Virus record (IMG/VR): IMGVR_UViG_3300005832_000038
Coordinates: 1 to 63,847 of that record
DNA length: 63,847 nt
Strand: one strand, 5' to 3'
Source of the DNA: a virus
Taxonomy: Duplodnaviria > Caudoviricetes
The notes below the pieces were generated by a model. It was not told the origin of the DNA, searched no databases, and worked only from the letters and a program-made list of their open reading frames with translations. Shown one piece after another: positions 58,334 through 63,847 of this stretch. Every line of letters starts with the position of its first letter. The first letter of the stretch is position 1. A program made the position numbers and the translations under genes.

Positions 58334-59380
58334 ATGTCTTTCCCAGCACTAGAAAACGGGCCTTACATTTTCAATGTGAATATTGATTGCGTAGAAGGCA
58401 ACATAACGAATAAGGCAAAACGAATGCTACTAGAGCTGAAAAATGCCCTAGTTGGTTTGGGCGGCGCGAATACTATTTGGACAGTAGTTGCTTCTAGCGA
58501 TGCGACTGATTTTGTGAATAAAGGTGGGAGCGAGCCTTTAGATTTATGGGATAGCATAGCCGATGTTTCTTATGGTACGGGTGCGCATTCATGGTGTATT
58601 CTAGAAAATCTAACAACACATGGCGAGCTTTTAATAGATTGGTACACTAGTGCGTATTATCGGGGAGAAGTTTGCAAGTATTCCCCAGGGGGTCTTTTTA
58701 CAGATACAGGAACGGCTAGCGTTGCGCCCACGGCAACAGATAGTCGCAGTTTAATAGCTGGTAGTGCGGCTTTCGTACCGTACGCAGAGGCTTACAATAG
58801 TTTTGTGTTGCACGTAATGACTTCCGCAGATCACAAAACAACGCGATTTTTTTTAAATGACAGGGCGCAGGGTACAGCACACGTAGGCGTTTGGTGTGGG
58901 TTAATTGAAGAAGTAGTAAACGCGCCTTCGCAATGGACATCGACTAACAAAGTTATGGTTTTGACCCATTATTTAGGCGTGGCGCAAAGCGCCGAACCAA
59001 AAAATCAATGGCCAAAACTTAGTCAAATGTATGATGCACATTGGAACATATATTTAGAAACAGCGGAGCCGTATGCGGGATGGATTAGAACGTATTGTAC
59101 TGCGTTCTGTTACGATGCGGTTGGTTCTGCTAGTTTTCAAGGTAGGCCCGTTATGCTCGCCGACTCTACGGGGGAACTTCCGGCTAGTCCTATCGGTTTG
59201 TACTCGACTAGCGCGGGGATACACGGCGGATCGTTTGGAAGGTTACGCGATATTTATTTCGGGCATGATTTACACAAAACGTTAACAACATACCCAGGGG
59301 ACGGATCGGGCGATTGGATCAAATTTGGTTGCCTAGTTGTTCCTTGGGACGGAAGCGTACCAGTACCAGTACATTATTGA
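58334..59380 (+). CDS. Paralog array member 3 (subtype A)
   Basis: LENGP, APSQWTSTNK, GRLRDIY. Confidence 0.8.
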   Translation: MSFPALENGPYIFNVNIDCVEGNITNKAKRMLLELKNALVGLGGANTIWTVVASSDATDFVNKGGSEPLDLWDSIADVSYGTGAHSWCILENLTTHGELLIDWYTSAYYRGEVCKYSPGGLFTDTGTASVAPTATDSRSLIAGSAAFVPYAEAYNSFVLHVMTSADHKTTRFFLNDRAQGTAHVGVWCGLIEEVVNAPSQWTSTNKVMVLTHYLGVAQSAEPKNQWPKLSQMYDAHWNIYLETAEPYAGWIRTYCTAFCYDAVGSASFQGRPVMLADSTGELPASPIGLYSTSAGIHGGSFGRLRDIYFGHDLHKTLTTYPGDGSGDWIKFGCLVVPWDGSVPVPVHY

Positions 59381-59396
59381 CAGAAAGGTTTGATTT

Positions 59397-60470
59397 ATGG
59401 GAGCGCCGACACTAGAAAAGGGACCGTATATTTTTAACGTCAATAATGCTTTTTCCGAAGTAGACGGGCCCAATAGGTGTAAACGTGAATTGTTAGAATT
59501 GAAAAACGCTTTAGTGGCTTTAGGCGGCGCGGAAACTATTTGGAAGGTGATTGCTTCTTGTGATGGCACGACTGTTTGGAACATTGATCCTGAAGAACCA
59601 AATCGAGATTTATGGGTGGATCTTACCGATATGGTGCACAACTTAAACGGTAACCCGCATTCGTGGTGTATTCTAAAAAACCTAACAACAAATGGCCAAC
59701 TAATAATTGATTATGTCAGAAACACGGCGACAACTTATCCGCACTACGCGGCAATTAGATACTCACCGGGAGGTACTTTTACCGATACGGGAACAACTAG
59801 CGAGGCACCTACGGCCAGTGATGTGGGGACAATATGGAATCAAGCTTATACGTTTACGGATAGTGCCTATTATGCTAATTGTACTGACGTAGTAATAAAC
59901 GTAATGACTTCCGCAGATCACAAAACAACGCGTTGGTATAACCATACTGAATACGGGAACGGGTGGCGTGGTGGCACTATTGGATTTATCGAGGACGTAC
60001 AAGACACCCCCGCAGAATGGAATTCTGCCATAAAAACAGCGGTTACTTCTACTAGTTGGAATTGTGTTATTCAAGCATTCTCCCCGGAAGGCCAATCACC
60101 TCAGTTAACCGAGATCGACGATGGCAACGTATTTTATCCACGGTACGAAACGGCGGAACCGTACGCAGCATGGTTATCGACTTATTTAGGTGTTGAGTGT
60201 TGGGGAAATATTAGCACAAACGCCGGTCGTGGAACGTATTTTAACAACGTACGGCAAGGACCGACAAATGGCTATGCAATAGCCCCTATAAAACTGTTTC
60301 GTGCGTCAACTACTAAAGGCGGCTATTTGGGGAGGTTGGCGGATATTTATATTGCCCAAAGTCCGCATCATACTTTTGATACTTACCCATCGGATGATTC
60401 TAGGTTGTGGGTGAAATGGGGTTGTTTCATCGTACCATGGAACGGCACTGCGCCGATAGCGAGGTTATAA
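59397..60470 (+). CDS. Paralog array member 4 (subtype B)
   Basis: LEKGP, TPAEWNSAIK, GRLADIY. Confidence 0.8.
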   Translation: MGAPTLEKGPYIFNVNNAFSEVDGPNRCKRELLELKNALVALGGAETIWKVIASCDGTTVWNIDPEEPNRDLWVDLTDMVHNLNGNPHSWCILKNLTTNGQLIIDYVRNTATTYPHYAAIRYSPGGTFTDTGTTSEAPTASDVGTIWNQAYTFTDSAYYANCTDVVINVMTSADHKTTRWYNHTEYGNGWRGGTIGFIEDVQDTPAEWNSAIKTAVTSTSWNCVIQAFSPEGQSPQLTEIDDGNVFYPRYETAEPYAAWLSTYLGVECWGNISTNAGRGTYFNNVRQGPTNGYAIAPIKLFRASTTKGGYLGRLADIYIAQSPHHTFDTYPSDDSRLWVKWGCFIVPWNGTAPIARL

Positions 60471-60728
60471 ATGGCATCGTATGACGTAGGTGTATCTGGC
60501 GGCATTGACGTCGAAAGTCGCAAAATGGAAACTTTCCTTTTTGCTCCTAGTTGGGATGTGGTTGCGATAGATGGCTTAGGCACTACGCCTATAAGTGGGG
60601 ATGCTGGCGTAACCGAACAATCTTTTGACGCGAAACCTAGTTGGTCTTTCAGCGCCGAACAAGGAGAAGGGGGCGGTGCGGGTGCAGCAGTGCGCAGCGT
60701 TCCTTTCCTGGTAAGAACAGTAGGGTAA
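60471..60728 (+). CDS. Small hypothetical protein in the array
   Basis: GAGG RBS; C-terminus VRSVPFLVRTV. Confidence 0.6.
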   Translation: MASYDVGVSGGIDVESRKMETFLFAPSWDVVAIDGLGTTPISGDAGVTEQSFDAKPSWSFSAEQGEGGGAGAAVRSVPFLVRTVG

Positions 60729-60731
60729 AAA

Positions 60732-61784
60732 ATGGCATTACCGACACTAGAAAACGGCCCGTACATTTTTAATGTGAATAACGTTTTTTCAGAGGGGTCT
60801 ACGGCAAACGCATCTAAGCGTATGATGCTAGAATTGAAAAACGCTCTAGTTTCTTTGGGTGGCACAGATGTTATTTGGCACGTTGTGGCGTCCAGTAATG
60901 GTTCTGCGGTAATCAACATTTTAGATTTAGACGAGGTACACGATTTATGGGTTAGCATATCAAATGTAATTTACAGCACGGGTGCGCATTCATGGTGTGT
61001 TTTAGCCAATAAAACAACGGGCGCTCAAATGTTGATCGACTACAATACAAACGTCCATTATTACGTCGATATGAAATATTCACCGGCTGGTACGTATGCT
61101 AGTGACGGCACAACGTCAAGTGCGCCAACCGCAACCGATGCGGCAACAATGCAATTGAACAATCAAGCATTTACCATAGATAATGCTGCATATCTTTCCT
61201 TTGTCCTAAGTGTTATGACTTCGGCCGATCATAAAACTACAAGATTTTATTTTCACAAAAAACAGAGTGGCGGTACGTCGGCGGGCGGGTGGATAGGACT
61301 TATTGAGGAGGTAGCTAATGCTCCATCGTTTTGGACGTCAGCAAATAAAACAGCGAAGTTGTATCTTAATACAGCTTTTGGGGTATCCACTACGCCCTCG
61401 TCAAAATCGCCTACATTGGCAAATATGGACAGTAATATTTGGTATATCCGTTTAGAAACGGATGCACCTTACGCTGGCTGGGTTGCTTGTTATCCAACTA
61501 TGGAAAGTTATGGGGCACTTGGCACTGGTCAAGCAGCCGCATTAATACACGTCGATGTTGATTTGGAATTACAAGAGGGTTATCCGATATGTCCTATTGG
61601 TCTGTATAGTGCCTACTCATCCAGTGTGTACGGTGGGCCTATGGGGCGATTACGCGATATTTACTGGGCACCTAATGCGCACGACTCATTAGACACATAC
61701 CCATCGGGGGGCGGAAAAGAGTGGATTAAGTGGGGATGCTTTTTTGTGCCTTGGAATGGTTCTACGCCGGTAGAGGAGCCATAG
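60732..61784 (+). CDS. Paralog array member 5 (subtype A)
   Basis: LENGP, APSFWTSANK, GRLRDIY. Confidence 0.8.
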   Translation: MALPTLENGPYIFNVNNVFSEGSTANASKRMMLELKNALVSLGGTDVIWHVVASSNGSAVINILDLDEVHDLWVSISNVIYSTGAHSWCVLANKTTGAQMLIDYNTNVHYYVDMKYSPAGTYASDGTTSSAPTATDAATMQLNNQAFTIDNAAYLSFVLSVMTSADHKTTRFYFHKKQSGGTSAGGWIGLIEEVANAPSFWTSANKTAKLYLNTAFGVSTTPSSKSPTLANMDSNIWYIRLETDAPYAGWVACYPTMESYGALGTGQAAALIHVDVDLELQEGYPICPIGLYSAYSSSVYGGPMGRLRDIYWAPNAHDSLDTYPSGGGKEWIKWGCFFVPWNGSTPVEEP

Positions 61785-61794
61785 GAGTATAATT

Positions 61795-62844
61795 ATGGGT
61801 TACCCAGCATTGGAAAAAGGACCGTACATTTTTAATGTGAACAACTTGTTTTACGAATCGAACACAACCAATAAGGCAAAGCGCATATTGTTGGAACTGA
61901 AAAACTGCTTAGTGAATTTAGGCGGTGCTAATACGATTTGGACGGTAGTAGCCTCAAGTAATGGTGTTGACTTTGTGAATATAGGTGGCGTGGAACCGTT
62001 AGATTTGTGGAATGATATTTCTGATATTGTAGCTGCGCCAAATGGTACTGCGCATTCTTGGTGTGTTCTACAGAATGTGTTTACCGGGCAACAATTGATT
62101 ATTGCCGCCGATGGCGCAACTGTTGACAAATGTGAATTTTATGTATCCCCAGATGCCACCATTGCGGCGGATGGTACGGTAACAACTAATCCTACGGCTA
62201 CTGATTATGGTGGAATATGGTATTCGGGCACAACATACACGACATTAACTTCGGCATACACAAAATTTGTGATCAATGTGATGACTTCCGCAGATTACAC
62301 AATAACCCGTATCTATGTCCATGAACGCAATAGTACGACGGGTGAAACAGGGGGTAAAACGGCTTTCCTAGAAAACATGCAGCAAACGCCTTCTGCGTGG
62401 AATTCGACAATTAAATTTGTTAGATTAGCAAATAATTATAGTGTTACGTTTGCTTTTGAACCTGTGGACAAAACACCGAAATTAGTAGACTTTGATGGAT
62501 CTAGTATAGCCGTCAAATACCAAACAGCGGAACCGTATGATGAGTGGTTAAGCGCGTACCCTACTTGTGAATGCTACGACAATTTTGTGGGTACAAACGC
62601 AAATCCGTTAATGCAAAATGACGCTATACAAGGTTCGATAGACGGGCACCCAGTAAATCCCATAGGTGTGTTTAAATCGACCAATCCCAAAGGTGGGGCT
62701 CTTGGACGATTGGCCGATATTTATTTAGCGCAGCAAACGCATGACACTTTAGACACGTACCCAGCGGACGGCTCTAGGCTATGGGTAAAATGGGGCTGTT
62801 TCATGGTGCCTTGGAACGGCTCGGTACCGCAGGACGCGGTATAG
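61795..62844 (+). CDS. Paralog array member 6 (subtype B)
   Basis: LEKGP, TPSAWNSTIK, GRLADIY. Confidence 0.8.
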   Translation: MGYPALEKGPYIFNVNNLFYESNTTNKAKRILLELKNCLVNLGGANTIWTVVASSNGVDFVNIGGVEPLDLWNDISDIVAAPNGTAHSWCVLQNVFTGQQLIIAADGATVDKCEFYVSPDATIAADGTVTTNPTATDYGGIWYSGTTYTTLTSAYTKFVINVMTSADYTITRIYVHERNSTTGETGGKTAFLENMQQTPSAWNSTIKFVRLANNYSVTFAFEPVDKTPKLVDFDGSSIAVKYQTAEPYDEWLSAYPTCECYDNFVGTNANPLMQNDAIQGSIDGHPVNPIGVFKSTNPKGGALGRLADIYLAQQTHDTLDTYPADGSRLWVKWGCFMVPWNGSVPQDAV

Positions 62845-62857
62845 AAAGGATACGCAA

Positions 62858-62965
62858 ATGACAGATCGTGATGCTGGTGTATTAAATCCGTTGGCAGAAA
62901 CGCAACCAAGCGGGGGAGTGACGCCAATAAGGACAGTCCCACCATTGGTTCGATCCGTCCCATAG
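62858..62965 (+). CDS. 35-aa micro-ORF related to the C-terminus of 60471-60728
   Basis: AAAGGA RBS; IRTVPPLVRSV versus VRSVPFLVRTV. Confidence 0.55.
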   Translation: MTDRDAGVLNPLAETQPSGGVTPIRTVPPLVRSVP

Positions 62966-62974
62966 GGGGTTTTA

Positions 62975-63847
62975 ATGACTGTGCTTGGCTATGGATTAGG
63001 CGGTTATGGAATTTTAGAACCGTGGGGATCTTCGGAATCGGGGGATGCTACCCCGGAAGCGGTAATCGCGGCGGGGGATTTCCTTGGTATTCTGGAAGCA
63101 ACATCTAGCGCGCTAGGCGAAGAAGACAACGCGATAGGTGGATTGTGCCTCACGAGATCGACATCGGTAATTGACGCAGGCGCGACGACGTTCCCAGTCG
63201 AAACTACGGAAGATTGGGGAGATACCGGGAAAATCTCGATAGACGGTGTGGTGTATTATTATACAGGGAAAACCGACACAACATTTACGGGAATCACGTA
63301 TCGCGCCGGGGGAGTTTTTGTAAACGGTGCGGCGATTCGACATAGGATAGGCAGCACGGTTGTTGACATAAGCCGTACGCGTAGCGCGCTCGAGCGCCTA
63401 CGCAGGGCGATGCTCGTGGAGTATGCGGAAGGCGAGGATCTAAGTGTTATTGGCCGCAATCTGAAAGTCAATAGATTGCCTGTACTTTCCGGGGATGACC
63501 AATTTCGGGAATTAATTAAGGCCATGGCTTATAACCCGAAAGGTACCGTACTAGGAATAACTTTGGTGCTAGAAGCACTTTTGGGTGCGGGGAACGCGGA
63601 GGTTTACGAGGATTTAATCGCCTTCCCCAATATTGTTTTTATTAAAATGGCTAGTGCCGGTTTGTTAAAAACCGTGGCGATTGGATCAGCTTATGTAACC
63701 GGGCATGAATACGACGCTTTGACTGGTTCTGGCGAAACATTGACCCTGGCAACCGAACCCTTGGCCATTGGTGGGGCAAAACTCCTCAGTTTAGGGGAGC
63801 TATTTGAATTTACCGCAGAAAAGCCCAGTGCTTCCCTGTACGCGTAT
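62975..63847 (+). CDS. Baseplate wedge protein (gpI/gp7-like), 3' truncated by the window
   Basis: Manual translation MTVLGYG...AEGEDLSVIGRNL.VNR..DDQFRELIKAMAYNPKGT; no stop seen in the part translated. Confidence 0.7.
   Translation, partial: MTVLGYGLGGYGILEPWGSSESGDATPEAVIAAGDFLGILEATSSALGEEDNAIGGLCLTRSTSVIDAGATTFPVETTEDWGDTGKISIDGVVYYYTGKTDTTFTGITYRAGGVFVNGAAIRHRIGSTVVDISRTRSALERLRRAMLVEYAEGEDLSVIGRNLKVNRLPVLSGDDQFRELIKAMAYNPKGTVLGITLVLEALLGAGNAEVYEDLIAFPNIVFIKMASAGLLKTVAIGSAYVTGHEYDALTGSGETLTLATEPLAIGGAKLLSLGELFEFTAEKPSASLYAY

Noticed and set aside
55998-62844. Diversity-generating retroelement or invertible shufflon
   Set aside because: No reverse transcriptase, no adenine-specific TR/VR pair and no recombinase; all copies are full-length and co-oriented with their own starts.
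1-63847. CRISPR array, rRNA, integrase, IS elements, small terminase, endolysin
   Set aside because: No regularly spaced repeats or recognisable motifs were seen. A small terminase or lysis gene may be among the hypotheticals but cannot be supported.

Overview
A 64-kb piece of a tailed dsDNA phage with a contractile tail (SPO1/Twort-type head and tail module). Almost all genes are on the + strand. The order is: small hypothetical genes with an aberrant tRNA-like element (1-7.9 kb); large terminase with two inteins; a block of large basic multidomain proteins around the portal and a MuF gene (11-25 kb); prohead protease, scaffold and major capsid protein; decoration/fibre genes; neck, sheath, tube, chaperone, tape measure and baseplate; and a six-gene paralog array. 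Four things stand out. (1) The 11-25 kb proteins look like capsid-packaged polyproteins. They repeat a cassette made of an acidic leader, a K|[A/S/G] site matching the putative capsid-maturation site, one of two conserved short tags (GPxxGPRGGKWxDxxxxIPW or GxKYxx[RK]...GxxxYxY), and a cargo domain (winged helices, zeta toxin, ParB-like, kinase-like). (2) An intact HNH endonuclease gene with its own promoter lies antisense and codon-aligned inside the 1791-aa MuF ORF. It does not break that frame and sits between two K|S/A sites. (3) A 137-nt class-II tRNA-like RNA has a collapsed anticodon loop and a giant branched variable arm. (4) The paralog array alternates strictly A-B-A-B-A-B and shares an identical 25-nt DNA core. 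All assignments come from motif recognition and synteny by eye; no searches were run.
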